DNA from: Iphione sp. A-MEVVRFRX5
Lineage: Eukaryota
DNA: 64,000 nucleotides
Direction of reading: 5' to 3'
NCBI GenBank assembly: GCA_976226885.1
Contig: OZ320314.1
Span: 116,498,001 to 116,562,000 of the forward strand
Under the pieces are notes generated by a model. The model did no database searches. It saw only the letters and a list, made by a program, of their open reading frames with translations, and was not told the origin of the DNA. The translations under genes and the position numbers were made by a program. Shown here one piece after another: positions 22,715 through 34,328 of the stretch (the stretch's first letter is position 1; the number at the start of each line of letters is the position of its first letter).

Positions 22715-25700
22715 TCAGGCCTTTCGGGAAGAGGTCTCGCCCCTCGCGGGAGGGACGGGGGCCTCGCTTTTCCTGCGCCAGGAGATGATCCACCGGGGTA
22801 ATTGATCCCCCCGGTACGGCCGTAGACGGTTCCTATGTATGACTTTCGGCCTTGCCTGCTTCGAGCGTTGTACCACCATTCGCTCATCGTCCAGGGCCCG
22901 TATGACTAGCCACGGTCCCGACCAAGGGAAATGGGTTTTGGGACTCTTTCCTTTCGGGGGTTGGGCTTCATGGAGCCATACCGCCGCCCCTGCCTCCAAG
23001 GCGTCTCCCCTCACCCTCCGATCGTATGCCCGGGCCTGGGCTCGGGCCGCCGTGCCCAGCTTCTCCCGGACTCTACTGTACGCTGCTTGGAGACGCCGAA
23101 CCATTCCTCCCACGGGATCAGGTAAGTCCTCCGTAGTAGGAGTCTTTTGAGGGAGACCATCCACCGCATGCACTGGAAGGGTTATCTCCCGCCCGAACAT
23201 GAGGTAGTTCGGAGTGTAACCAGTGCTAGCCTGGGGTGAAGCGCGGTAAGCCATCATCAGGAAAGGAAGTGCGGTGTCCCACTCATCCCGACTCTCAAAG
23301 CAGTGTGCCTTGATCATTTTTCCAAGTGTGCGAAAACTTCGTTCAATGAAACCGTCGCTCTGTGGATGGCGGGGGGTGGTTCTGGTCTTCTTAATGTCAA
23401 GGTAGTCGCAGAGAGCTGTGATGATCTCGCTGCAGAAGTTAGTTCCTTGGTCGCTGTGTAGTTCGTGGAAGCAGCCATAACGGGCGATTACCTCTTCCGC
23501 CAAAATCCGAGCAACCTGAGGAGCCTTTTGGTCTGGTAGCGGGAATGCCTCAAGCCACTTGGTGAAATGGTCGCCCACCATCAAGATATAGCGGTTCCCT
23601 CGTTCAGTCAGCGGCAGAGGTCCCGCCACATCCATGGACCATCGCTCCATGGGCTCCCCTGGCAAATAAGATTTGAGTGGCACTTGGGGACGGAGTGGGT
23701 TCTGGTTCAGCAGGGCGCAGTGACAGCTCTTGCACCAAGTTGCGATGTCTTCTCTCATCCCTGGCCAATAGTAAGCCAACGATACCAGGTAAGTGGTTCG
23801 CTCGGCGGCCAGGTGCGCCCCGGTTTGCCCCGCGTGTACTTCCTTGAAGGCCTTTTCGCGGAGTACGGCTGGTAGGACCACCTGCAGTCGAGAGGGGTCC
23901 CCCCCAAGGCCAGTCCATCTGCGTTGCAGAAGACCATCCGTCAAGGTGAGTCGGCTCCACTGTCGCCAGAGGCTCTTAGTCACAGCTGACAATGGGGCCA
24001 CCCACTCCCAGGGGGGTTGTTGAGGGTCCAGTTCCAGGGCTTTAAGGATCGGCCCCACACACTCGTCCTGGAGTTGAGCCGTTCTCAGTTCTGGATGTTG
24101 GGTCCCCACCGCCTGGCTGCGGGTTACCACCCTCACCTTCTGGGTTACCCCCTCTTCAAGAAGGTGTTCCTGTTTACACTGCCGACAGGGTTGGCGGGAG
24201 AGGGCATCCGCATTGGCATTCAGTCGGCCAGCTCGGTGCTCCAAGTGAACATTGTACTGCCCTACCCGTTCCAGCCAGCGTGCCAGTTGCCCCTCCGGAT
24301 CCTTGATCCGACGGAGCCAGCTTACGGCTCCGTTATCAGTACGCACAGTGACTTCTTGTCCATACAGGTAGAAGTGGAAATGTTTCAGGGCCGCTACCAC
24401 CGCGAGCAGCTCCCTACGCATCACACAATACCGCCGCTCAGGTTCGCTCAGACTGCGGCTATAGTATGCCAGTACTACCTCTCGTCCCTCCTGCCATTGG
24501 GCGAGCACGGCCCCCAGCCCCACATTGCTGGCATCCGTGTCTAGGAAGTAGCGTCCCTCAGGTCGTGGGTACCCCAGGATCGGGCTGGTAGCGAGGGCTG
24601 ACTTTAGCTCCTGAAAGGCCTTTTCTTCCGGCTTTCCCCATGTGAACGGTGTCTTGGCACTGGTTAGCTGGTTCAGAGGGGCTGCCACATTCGCAAAGTG
24701 TGGTACGTAACGCCGGTAATACGAACAGAGGCCTAAGAAGGCGCGCACCTCTGTCGTGCAGGTTGGAGTTGGCCATTCCTCAATGTCCTTCGTCTTGCTG
24801 GGATCTGTAGCCACCCCTTTAGGCGAGACGATATGTCCTAAAAAACCTATTTCTTGCAGGAACAGCTGACATTTTGACGGTTTCAGCTTCAGTCCTGCCG
24901 CCGAGAGCCGCGTCAACACCCGATCCAAGCGGGCCAGGGTTTTCTGGAAGGTCCTTCCGAACACCAGTATGTCATCGAGGTACACTAGACATTGTTCCCA
25001 CGTCAAGCCACGTAACACTGTGTCCATCAGGCGCTCGAACGTTGCTGGTGCATTGATCAACCCAAATGGCATGACGGTAAACTCGTATAGTCCTATGGAC
25101 ATGGAGAATGCCGTCTTCTCCCGATCTTCTGGGTGCATTTGAACCTGCCAGTATCCGGATGCCAAATCCAGGGAGCAGAAATATTTAGCTCCCGACAAGG
25201 TACTCAATGAGTCATCGATCCTTGGTAGTGGGTAGGCGTCAACCTTCGTCTTCTCATTTAATTTCCTATAGTCGACGCAGAACCGAGTGGTCCCATCTTT
25301 CTTTCTCACCATCACTACCGGGCTAGACCACGGGCTGCTACTCTCGACAATCACTCCCTGGTTTTTCATTTCATTCACCAGCTTCCGTTCCTCTTGTCTT
25401 TTTGCGAAGGGCATGCGCCGTGGGGGCTGCTTGATAGGATGTGGATCTTCGGTGTAAATGCGATGTTGTACTACATCTGTGCACCCTAGGTCACCCCGGT
25501 CCCGGGCAAAGGCCAGACTGTGTTTCCTGAGCAACCGCCTCAAACGTCCCTGCTGGTCCGGGGTAAGGGTCTTCGTGGTGGACCCCACCAACTCCTGTAT
25601 CACGTCAGCCACTGCCCTTCTTATGGCACACACACTCTTCTGAGGAGTCACTGACGTTTCATCCCAGGGACGGGCGGGGACCCCCACAGCCACCTGGGTT

Positions 25701-26344
25701 CCCTGTTTCAGGAATATTTCCAATTCGGTCGTGTTCCACATGGGCAGGGTGGCTTCCACCAGGCATCTCATTCCTATCACCCCGTTATTCCACTGTGAAT
25801 CCAGCAGCCCTTCAATCATCAGGGGTGCCCCCCCATTGTGGTTCACTAGCACAGCAACCCCCTCCCCAGGTGGCAGAGTCACATCGTGAGCCACTCGGAT
25901 CTCCACCTCCCGTTTCACCACCCGGCGGCATCTAGGGACGTCATTTTTCAGGGCTATCTCTTGTTTGGCTAGATCGATCACCGCCTTATGCTGGCACAGG
26001 AAGTCACTACCTAGGATGCCATCTTCTTCTACTTCAGCCACTAGGAAATGGTGTGGAAAACTCTTGCCCGCTATTTCTAATTTGCAGGTGCGGTGTCCCA
26101 AAGTAGGGATAACATGCCCTCCCGCCCCAGTGATACACGTCAGTGAACCCCTCTCCTCCAGGCCAGGGACCACACGGGGGTTAACAATGGATACCTCGAC
26201 ACCAGTATCAATCAACAGTTCTAACAATCTTCCATCAAGGCTTACCTTCAGTCGTGGTCCCTGACCTGGTTCCATTGTAGTCCCCGTTAAAGCTATCCCA
26301 GTCGTACCATCCTGGCCTAATTGGTCGACTGAGATCCGTTTCCC
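22715..26344 (-). CDS. pol: Pol polyprotein (protease, RT, RNase H, integrase with GPY/F-type C-terminus), expressed by -1 frameshift
   Basis: LIDTG protease; VVMVRKKDGTTRFCVDYRKLN and YLDD RT; DTDASNVGLGAVL RNase H; integrase H..H/C..C, DVAGPL, SDQG, GFIER and WSGPW. The frame is open from the slippery site to the stop. No chromodomain seen. Confidence 0.97.
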   Translation of the reverse strand, partial: GKRISVDQLGQDGTTGIALTGTTMEPGQGPRLKVSLDGRLLELLIDTGVEVSIVNPRVVPGLEERGSLTCITGAGGHVIPTLGHRTCKLEIAGKSFPHHFLVAEVEEDGILGSDFLCQHKAVIDLAKQEIALKNDVPRCRRVVKREVEIRVAHDVTLPPGEGVAVLVNHNGGAPLMIEGLLDSQWNNGVIGMRCLVEATLPMWNTTELEIFLKQGTQVAVGVPARPWDETSVTPQKSVCAIRRAVADVIQELVGSTTKTLTPDQQGRLRRLLRKHSLAFARDRGDLGCTDVVQHRIYTEDPHPIKQPPRRMPFAKRQEERKLVNEMKNQGVIVESSSPWSSPVVMVRKKDGTTRFCVDYRKLNEKTKVDAYPLPRIDDSLSTLSGAKYFCSLDLASGYWQVQMHPEDREKTAFSMSIGLYEFTVMPFGLINAPATFERLMDTVLRGLTWEQCLVYLDDILVFGRTFQKTLARLDRVLTRLSAAGLKLKPSKCQLFLQEIGFLGHIVSPKGVATDPSKTKDIEEWPTPTCTTEVRAFLGLCSYYRRYVPHFANVAAPLNQLTSAKTPFTWGKPEEKAFQELKSALATSPILGYPRPEGRYFLDTDASNVGLGAVLAQWQEGREVVLAYYSRSLSEPERRYCVMRRELLAVVAALKHFHFYLYGQEVTVRTDNGAVSWLRRIKDPEGQLARWLERVGQYNVHLEHRAGRLNANADALSRQPCRQCKQEHLLEEGVTQKVRVVTRSQAVGTQHPELRTAQLQDECVGPILKALELDPQQPPWEWVAPLSAVTKSLWRQWSRLTLTDGLLQRRWTGLGGDPSRLQVVLPAVLREKAFKEVHAGQTGAHLAAERTTYLVSLAYYWPGMREDIATWCKSCHCALLNQNPLRPQVPLKSYLPGEPMERWSMDVAGPLPLTERGNRYILMVGDHFTKWLEAFPLPDQKAPQVARILAEEVIARYGCFHELHSDQGTNFCSEIITALCDYLDIKKTRTTPRHPQSDGFIERSFRTLGKMIKAHCFESRDEWDTALPFLMMAYRASPQASTGYTPNYLMFGREITLPVHAVDGLPQKTPTTEDLPDPVGGMVRRLQAAYSRVREKLGTAARAQARAYDRRVRGDALEAGAAVWLHEAQPPKGKSPKTHFPWSGPWLVIRALDDERMVVQRSKQARPKVIHRNRLRPYRGDQLPRWIISWRRKSEAPVPPARGETSSRKA
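26292..26344 (-). other. -1 ribosomal frameshift signal (GGGAAAC plus downstream stem-loop)
   Basis: G GGA AAC at 26344-26338 near the end of gag; a -1 slip enters the pol frame. Hairpin CAGTCG-ACCA...TGGT-A-CGACTG starts 6 nt downstream. Confidence 0.85.
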
Positions 26345-27156
26345 TGTAACTCAGGGCAATCACGCCGGAAATGGCCCTCTTGTCCACATTGGAAACATTT
26401 AGTGTAGCGCGGCCTCTTGTTCCTTGCTTCCTCTCGAGCTTGCATCTCTTCTCGGATCTTGGCAAGTTCCTTAGTGAGCTCTTCCATAGGCTTCGTCCAC
26501 GCTGGGGTCGGCGGGGCCTGTACCACCTGTACCCTCTTAGCAACGAATCGTTCCTGAGTCTCCACCACCTGTACTGCCGCGTCCAACGTCGTGCACTTCG
26601 CCTCCAGGCATTTGAGGTGGAGGGAGTCGACCAACGATCGCTGAAAGGCAGCCACGGCGGCCAGTTCCCGAGTCTCCCCGGACACGTCGGGGTAGGCACT
26701 CCTTACCAGACGCCTCACCCTGTCAGCCAGGTCCCGGACATCCTCGTCCTTCTGCCTGCGGATGCTAGAGAGCTTCTGCATGGCCACCACCCGGTCGCGT
26801 CGCCTGCCAAAACGTCGTTCAAGCGCCGTCACACGGGATCCATAATCCCGCTTGTCCTCCGGTGGTAAATCTCCATAATACATACGCGCTGGGCCGGTGA
26901 GCGAAAGCGTCAGGGCAGAACAGCGGGTGTTCTCACTCCACTTGCAAGCGTCCGCCCACTCTGTGAACTGTCCTATCCAACTGTCCCAATCCACAGTCTT
27001 CCCATCGAAGCGTTCAGGCTTCATGGCGTTCATCTTTAAGGGTTCCTCCGGGGCTAGTTCAAACTGCTCACCTTCTTCTTCCTCCTCGCCCGCATGTGCT
27101 GGGCTGGGAACCCGAATTTGCACTTCCTCATCCACTGCCACGTACTGAGTTGCCAT
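26317..27156 (-). CDS. gag: Gag (279 aa)
   Basis: KPERFDG..W..F capsid-like start; CFQCGQEGHFRRDC CCHC zinc knuckle; begins 13 nt after the PBS. Confidence 0.95.
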   Translation of the reverse strand: MATQYVAVDEEVQIRVPSPAHAGEEEEEGEQFELAPEEPLKMNAMKPERFDGKTVDWDSWIGQFTEWADACKWSENTRCSALTLSLTGPARMYYGDLPPEDKRDYGSRVTALERRFGRRRDRVVAMQKLSSIRRQKDEDVRDLADRVRRLVRSAYPDVSGETRELAAVAAFQRSLVDSLHLKCLEAKCTTLDAAVQVVETQERFVAKRVQVVQAPPTPAWTKPMEELTKELAKIREEMQAREEARNKRPRYTKCFQCGQEGHFRRDCPELQGNGSQSTN

Positions 27157-27169
27157 CTTGCTGTTGAGG

Positions 27170-27187
27170 ATCCCACCGCTGCCACCA
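27170..27187 (-). other. Primer-binding site complementary to tRNA-Leu
   Basis: TGGTGGCAGCGGTGGGAT, 1 nt inside the 5' LTR, complementary to the 3' end ...AUCCCACCGCUGCCA-CCA known from metazoan tRNA-Leu(AAG). Confidence 0.88.
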
Positions 27188-27188
27188 G

Positions 27189-27876
27189 TGTAATTCGGTT
27201 AACTCTTCCACTTGGTGTAATCCAACTAAACGCTAGCTCCCTTAGTTACTCCACTGTAATTCCAGTGAGGCTATGTCCAGTTACTAACTCCAGGATAATT
27301 CCCCTGTTGAAATTCCCACTTGGTGAATCCAACTATTGTTAAGTGTTATCCTGTCCCAGTTACTTCACTGTAGTCCCAGTGCGGTTACATCCAAGTGCCA
27401 ACCCTGGGTAATCCAAGTGGGTTTGATATATCCCCAATCAACAAGGTCCACTAGTGAATTCCAAGTGCAAACTGTTTTATTGGCCACACAGGGCCCATAT
27501 TTATAGTCAAACTCCTGGTCATGTGATCCATACAATGTATCATTCATGGAATAAAACTGTTACAACATGTGGTGTGTGCCTTACTCTCTACCAATCATCT
27601 CAGAGCAATCAGATACAAAGTTACAGATGCCTGGGCATCCAGGGCTCAGGGCCATACAACTTGCCTGTGGTGCCACAGGCCATGACCATTTTTCTAAATT
27701 ACTACGACATAGTTACCCTGGCTGGCTGTGGTGCCGCAGCCGAGATCGTTTCTAGAGTTCACCAAGTACAGTACATGTATCTACTACTGTATACGACTGC
27801 AGTGCCACAGTCGACGTTAATTCCAGAGTTCACCAAGTACAGTACAAGTGGCTGTGGTGCCACAGACAACATTACA
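27189..27876 (-). repeat. 5' LTR
   Basis: See 3' LTR; adjacent to the PBS. Confidence 0.97.
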
Positions 27877-27904
27877 ATATAATCAACTCAGAGATGAGCA
27901 GACT

Positions 27905-28100
27905 AGTATAAGCCCCCCCCCCCCCCAAAAAAATAGGTGTGTTTCTAGTAACCCACCCCTACCTAGTAAAATCTCACCCTACCTAAAAACATTTTGGCCC
28001 CAAAGAGTTTCCAAGGATGAATTTCTTTAGATATGTGTTTTTACTGCAATTTTTTTTGTAAATTCAGTAGAAAAACAACAAAACTCATACAGATTGGTCA
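27905..28100 (-). mobile_element. Partial MITE of the GGCC..AAAAAATAGGTGTGTTTC(T/C)GGTAAC family
   Basis: Reverse-complement similarity to copies at 48690-49050 and 51191-51534. Confidence 0.7.
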
Positions 28101-31100
28101 AAATGTTTTGGCCTATCAGCGAAGCGTAAACCCCCATTCCGGTGCGACTACAGGAAAGGCGGGGGGGGGGGGGACTCTCAGACAAGTATGGGAAGATATC
28201 AGACGGCCTTGCGGCCATTCCTACGCATCCAACGAGTCAGCAGCCCTAGGGCAGAAACCGAGAACGACACGCAATCCGCGACAGACCGGGCCATCTTCGA
28301 CTTGAAAGTAGCTGATTGAGAGTTCCGAAGATGCAGGAAAGCCAGAGGCCAATAGCATTGGCAAATATTCGGAGAACTGTAAGCCCAACATCGAATGTTC
28401 TTATGTCGCGGTGGATAGGGTATTGGACGGAATGTACAAAAAGCAGGCAGATCGAAACAGTTGGACACATATGGCTGTAACCCTTACTAGGCGAAGGACA
28501 AGGACTCTGCTTATTAGAAAATAAGGGTTAAGTGTTTTTAGTTGGAAATTTAGTAGGATGTAGAGCTGTGGATGGTGAATATTTTATGTAGGAATATTCT
28601 ATAATTATAATTACCTTGAATGAAATATGATGCCTTTGCTATTTATAGAAATAGAATGGTTAGTGATTGCATCAGCTGAGCGCCCCCCCCCCAACAAGCG
28701 GTAGTAGAACTCACGTCAGCAAATGAAAATAGAACTGCAATTATTACACTACCTTTATAAAACGTTGCCTGAAAGTAGTGCGGCCATGGAGAGGAATTCT
28801 CATGGGTGTGAGATGCTTTCAATGCACCATAATTTGCTGATTTTTATATGATTGTGTTGATATTTCTTAAAATCAAAAACATGGGCATATATTGTCGGTC
28901 ATGAAAGGTAAAGCAAAACAAAATTCACAACAAAACTTATACCTTTAGACTACTTTTCAGTTGGGAGTACGGATATGGCAAGAGAGAACCACCTCTGATG
29001 TCATCACAGGCACATATTCCTACTCCTCTGTATGTGCAATCAAGCAGAACCGATGGCTGTAAAAGGCCTGGTATCGGTCAAAGTACAGGGTGCAGTAGAG
29101 AGAGAGTGAGTGAGAGAGAGTGTGTATGTGTGTGTGCAATCAGAAATAAAAGGTGAGACGCAAATTCTATATGTGTGTGTGTGTGCAAGCAGACGCCAAA
29201 GGCGCTTGTAATAAAATGAAAAAGTGAAAAGGTTAGCTGTTTTCAGGAGGGTGTAGAAGAAATCATACAATAGCGATCTGTAGACATTTCCATATCTCTA
29301 CCTTCGAAGAGAGGTGTCCCACTTGATTTTCCTATTTTTGCCTTCAGGCTTGTTTGATCAAGATACAAATTGATGATGGACAAGATGCTACCTGTCTTAT
29401 CAACTGAAGATATGTAGACTGACCGACAATATTGTAAAGAAATCCTTCGGCTACGAAGGAAGCACTACCTGGAATTGCCTAACTTTGGATGCCAAGTCCA
29501 CTCAACCAGTATCTTTTCAGAAACTAGTTGGTCTGGGATGATTTGCTTACACTCTACATTTTCTTAAAATTTAATTATATGTAGTACTCTTTTCTAGTAA
29601 TTTCTTTCTATTTTGCGGTAATCATTGATGATATGGAAGAAATAGCAGTGATCAAAAAACGAGAAAAAATGTCAACCAAGGTGGAATGAAAATAAGATTG
29701 ATGGTAAGTTAGTGTTCTGTGAAGTTACAACAGAGTGGGACTCGGTTACTCTGATCTAAGCCACGAAAACGATGAAGAGCCAGTGGAACAGGGCTAGACT
29801 GGCATCGAACCTGGCATCAATAATACCTGCAACGTGCAGAGATATGAAAGGTAACTACGAAACAAGTGCACATGTCTGAACACGCTGCCAATTGCAGAGA
29901 TGTACATGTATACAAATAACGACAAACGACCTATAGGCCTATGGGTCTGAACGAGAGAGAACCCATTCATGGATACGCTGCTAGTGATAGATCGTATGGA
30001 CGTGGCACAATGACAAACGGTTGATTCATGGTTCAGTCTGTCTATGGACGTTCACACGTCCGCTAAATGGCAGGGACATCTGCACGCTAATAAGTCATAT
30101 AGGTAAACAGCTACTTAGGCCAAATTTAAAAAAAAACATCTATGCTTCAGGTTAGCTGACCGACCCTACCTGTTGACTTGCTGTAACTTTTTATCATCCG
30201 TACATCTGGAGACCAGAAACTTCCAAAAGAGCATTTTCTTCTTTAGGGTCTTCAGCTCACAGTAGGCATGGCAGTTCCAGACTTGTAAACATCTATTTCA
30301 TGTCCTCAGGCTCCATTAACATTAACGATGAAAAGAAAATTCCACCTACCTACCAACCCTATATTTTTTATCATGTTACCCGAAACACTGACATTTTTAG
30401 TAAATGTGTACTAAGATATCATTTCATTGTGGGAAATTTCGTTATCAGAACTATGCTGTTTCAACATAGATATGTAGTAAAATAAAGCGATTTTATGGTA
30501 AACATGTTTCTATTTGGGTAAACATGTAATAAAATAAACCAAAAACGGAATAAATATGAAGCAACAATGGTAAAAATTCCAGCAGGTTAAACAATGAATA
30601 TTCCTTCAATGCTTTGAGCATGGACATTGACCTCTCGTGCTCACACCTCTGGTTGCACGTTAAACAATGAATATCCCTTCAACGCTTAAGCACGCGCACC
30701 TGAGTGGTCGTGCTAACACCTCTGCCAGCAGGCCAGACGTGTTATAGTGAGCAACAGATGCAGAGGTGCTGGTAGATCTGAGGGGATGGCCTGGCACTGT
30801 CTGCGGCCATCCTCCCCGCCTCTCAGAGCCGGTGTACCTCTCCTAGGGGGATACGCGGAAATGTGTTCATATGGTGAGTGAACAGGGGCCTATTCTTTGG
30901 TGCATTAGTATTTGGTACATACTGAGTGCATTGTTTGAGGTGAGAGATGTGTGTAATTTTCATGCCCGACACTGGGGAGGTGTGTGAAAACAAGTACCTG
31001 TGGTATTGGAAATAACATTACAAACAGGTAGATGTACATGGATGCATTAATAGAATAAGGTTCATGCACACATGATTTTAATAAAACAACACAGTTTACA

Positions 31101-33785
31101 CACTTATATATCAGTTTTATAAAACGTTTGCAAAAACGTACATGCACAATTTATCAACTTTTCGATCAGTTTCAAGAAATTTATGTAAATAAGACCCACA
31201 CAATTTACTCAGCCATGGATCAGTTGTCAAAGGATTAATGCAAACATCTGCAGCATTATGCACACACACATGGAAACACCCCATGCTTCTGTATGTGTAG
31301 ACTGAAAAGACATTCATCTCCGCACACACTCTGCATGCATGCACGAAAATCACATTTATGGAAACATAGCCTGACTCCCTCCTCATACCAAGGGATACTG
31401 GCTGTCCTGCCTAACTTCCTATATGCGGTTGCAGAGGCTGAAATCTCCCTCTCCAAGAATTCTATATCATAGTGCCTTTATTACACTTACATAATCAAAC
31501 ATACCAATGTAACCCATTTATAATGACTTAAATGCATAGAAATAAGGCCAGCTTAAAACATCTGTGCTTCTGGTAATCTGATCAACCCTGATCCATAAAA
31601 ATCTGAGCAGTAAAAGTGGTATTGCCATACCCATTTCCCTACTTTGTCTGTGTGACACCCTTTGTCTTTAGCAAAAGAGATCAAGTGTCCTTTGTAAACC
31701 TACGAACATGTTCTAATGGCTATTCTATTATTCCAGGTTTTAATGACATTACATGTATTTTCCTTTCCAAGCTCAAAAAGTGTAGTATTGCAAGTAAGGT
31801 AATTGCAAAGGATTTCAATAATGTTGGTGTCGTTGGTGCAAACATGCACAAACTCAATCATATTTTCAAAAGGGAGGGAATGCATGATCTTTTGAGGAAT
31901 GCATCATCGAGTAGGATGGTCTATAGTAATCTCAAGGTCGGCTAAATTCGAATATTGCAATATTTTCTCCGCAACTACCATGCTATCCTAATGAATAACT
32001 CATTTCTAAATATGTATTTTTCCTCATCATATATTTTAGGTACTACTTTCTTTTGTATAATCTAGATTGAAATCCTACATAACAAAAAAATTTATTACTT
32101 GCAAAATCGTGTTGATCCAAAGATTCTCTTGGTAACATAAAACTCTGCATATGTCCTGCTGGTATCTCATCTATTGGTAAACATTTATTATATATATATC
32201 ACTTCTTATATCTATTGTAACATTATATTACACACGACATACCCTTCTATCCCTCAGTAATATGTTATAACCGGATCATTGCAATATAGTAATCTAGAAT
32301 ATCCATCTCATCCAAGTGTCCGGGGATATGTATATAATACAAATTTTCCTAAAAGCATGGGAAGACCCAATTATACATCGAACCTGCTAATTGAGTACTG
32401 AGCTCTGCTGGCTAATGAAGGGTGAGTAACGTCCCTTGATTATTCATGTAATTAGAAACCTTCATCCATTACTCAAGGTTCTCCAAGGTAGATTAGTTGT
32501 GCATTAAGTTTAGTGAGGAATCCATATGTATCTGAACGCAGACGTTTCAGTAAATACATAATTTCGTTCTCTGAATCTTGCGAAGTTTCGATTAGGCCGA
32601 CTGAAAAAAAATATCCGTATTTCCAGTAACACAACTGACCAACATTTATCTACAAAAGGAACATTCCTAGTTTTTTTCTTATACTGTCATCAGACTGAAT
32701 GATGGTAGAGACTTATACAATACACTATTTTCTTCCCTAGGGTCTTGCCTTTCATACGACACCAGTGTCATTATATGTAGCAGAACTGATAGTACCAGGA
32801 TTGTAACGTAATTTCTTGCAATTTCATTTTCCCACTTAAGTTTGATGACAACAAAACGGAATCCCCGACCTACCAACACTTTTTTTCAACGTGCTCCCAG
32901 AAACAACAGATATTTTCTATTGGCCTTATTGAGCACCTTTACAAGACAATGACCGTTACAAGGTGATGCATCTTAGCTAGCTAGCCTCCATGATATATAC
33001 CTCTGGCATTGTATCAGAGGGAAAGGAGGCCTCGACTACATTACAATGGACTTTATATGGATCGCCATGATGAATGGTGTATCTCTCAAATCCTCTAAAC
33101 GGGTACACTATGGGGTGATGCATGATACAAACCCACAATCTCGACTATGCCATCTGATCCCTACAAAATACTTCAAAGTTTACTCTGAAGCTATGGGCCC
33201 TCATGAATCTAGGAGACTAAGGAGGAAAACAAGCATGTACTTCATGTAATTATATCCCACTGGAAAGCAGATTATATATCTAAATATATAGTCAGTACAG
33301 AATACGCCGAATATTGCGTGGCCAAAGAAATGTATTCAATGACAAGATCATTGAGGGGAGCCTTAAACACACCAAATACCAAATCTTTCTTTATCTAAAT
33401 TGAAAAGGTGATATTATTTACACATAATACCTTCAAGAATGGGGCTTTTCAAAAAGAGATAGATCTATTATGCCCCATATTTTATGACAGGATAGATCTG
33501 TAGATTCGTTGTCTCTACCGGTGAACACATTGCTAGTACCAGAGGCTTAAGAATTAGGGCCCTCCTATATGTGTATGCTGTACATGCTAATAGATTCAAT
33601 GGCAGAACTGAATGAATGAGATGGCATTGATTTTAACTGACTTATTCACGTATGCCTGGTCTTCATGCTCACGTCTGTATGAGTATTGTACCAGTTGGTC
33701 TAGGGTGGGTTTCCATGCAAACACATGCATCAACATACAGATTTCAAGACTGCCTCAATCGAACTGAACATCTGATATCATTTAA

Positions 33786-34328
33786 AGCGCTATCCCCATA
33801 GACGCGAACCTTCCGCACCCGCCACCTGGTGCATGGAGAGCGGGAGGTCCAATCCAAGCAGTTTAGATACAACTACCCCCATGTGCGCGGACAACCCGGA
33901 CCCGCCAACTGCTGCGTGCGGGACGATTGGGTTTCGTCCGGGAATCCCGCACCACGCCACTCTGTGCGGACTGATAATAGTTATACAGAATGGGTATAGT
34001 GTGCGCGTACATGTGTTTATATGAGAATAAAACCGATCAGAAACGAGGATAAACACATGTTTGTGCCCATTGTACCCATTCTGTATTCATTTCATGCCAT
34101 TGATAAGTATTCTATGTTCCAACACTCCTGCTGTGATCGTCGCCTATACTATAGGCACAGTGGACTAGGAGGGCGTCCTGGGGATAAAAGCACACACACA
34201 CCAGGAAGACAGTGCGTATAGTTCGCGCACATGGGGATAGACCCCGCCACCTGTTGTTGGACAGTCCGGGCTCCACGCATCACGCCACTATTTGCGTGCG
34301 GATAGTTCGCGTCTATGGGGATAGCGCT
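33786..34328. mobile_element. PIF/Harbinger-like MITE
   Basis: 24-bp TIR AGCGCTATCCCCATAGACGCGAAC / GTTCGCGTCTATGGGGATAGCGCT with TAA on both sides. Superfamily assigned from the TSD only. Confidence 0.75.

Larger units (their letters stand above)
17042..27876 (-). mobile_element. Full-length Ty3/Gypsy LTR retrotransposon (10,835 bp) with accessory genes
   Basis: Two 688-bp LTRs with TGTAAT...ATTACA ends; ATAT TSD at 17038-17041 and 27877-27880; PBS, PPT, intact gag and pol in PR-RT-RH-IN order. Confidence 0.98.

Noticed and set aside
19250-26870. Many overlapping shadow ORFs opposite or within gag, pol and ORF3
   Set aside because: Expected in GC-rich coding DNA; no motifs or expression signals.
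27170-27187. tRNA gene
   Set aside because: Only the 18-nt PBS matches and there is no cloverleaf. No tRNA or rRNA genes were seen in the window.
31440-33480. Possible decayed non-LTR retrotransposon coding sequence
   Set aside because: No diagnostic RT or endonuclease motif recoverable by eye.
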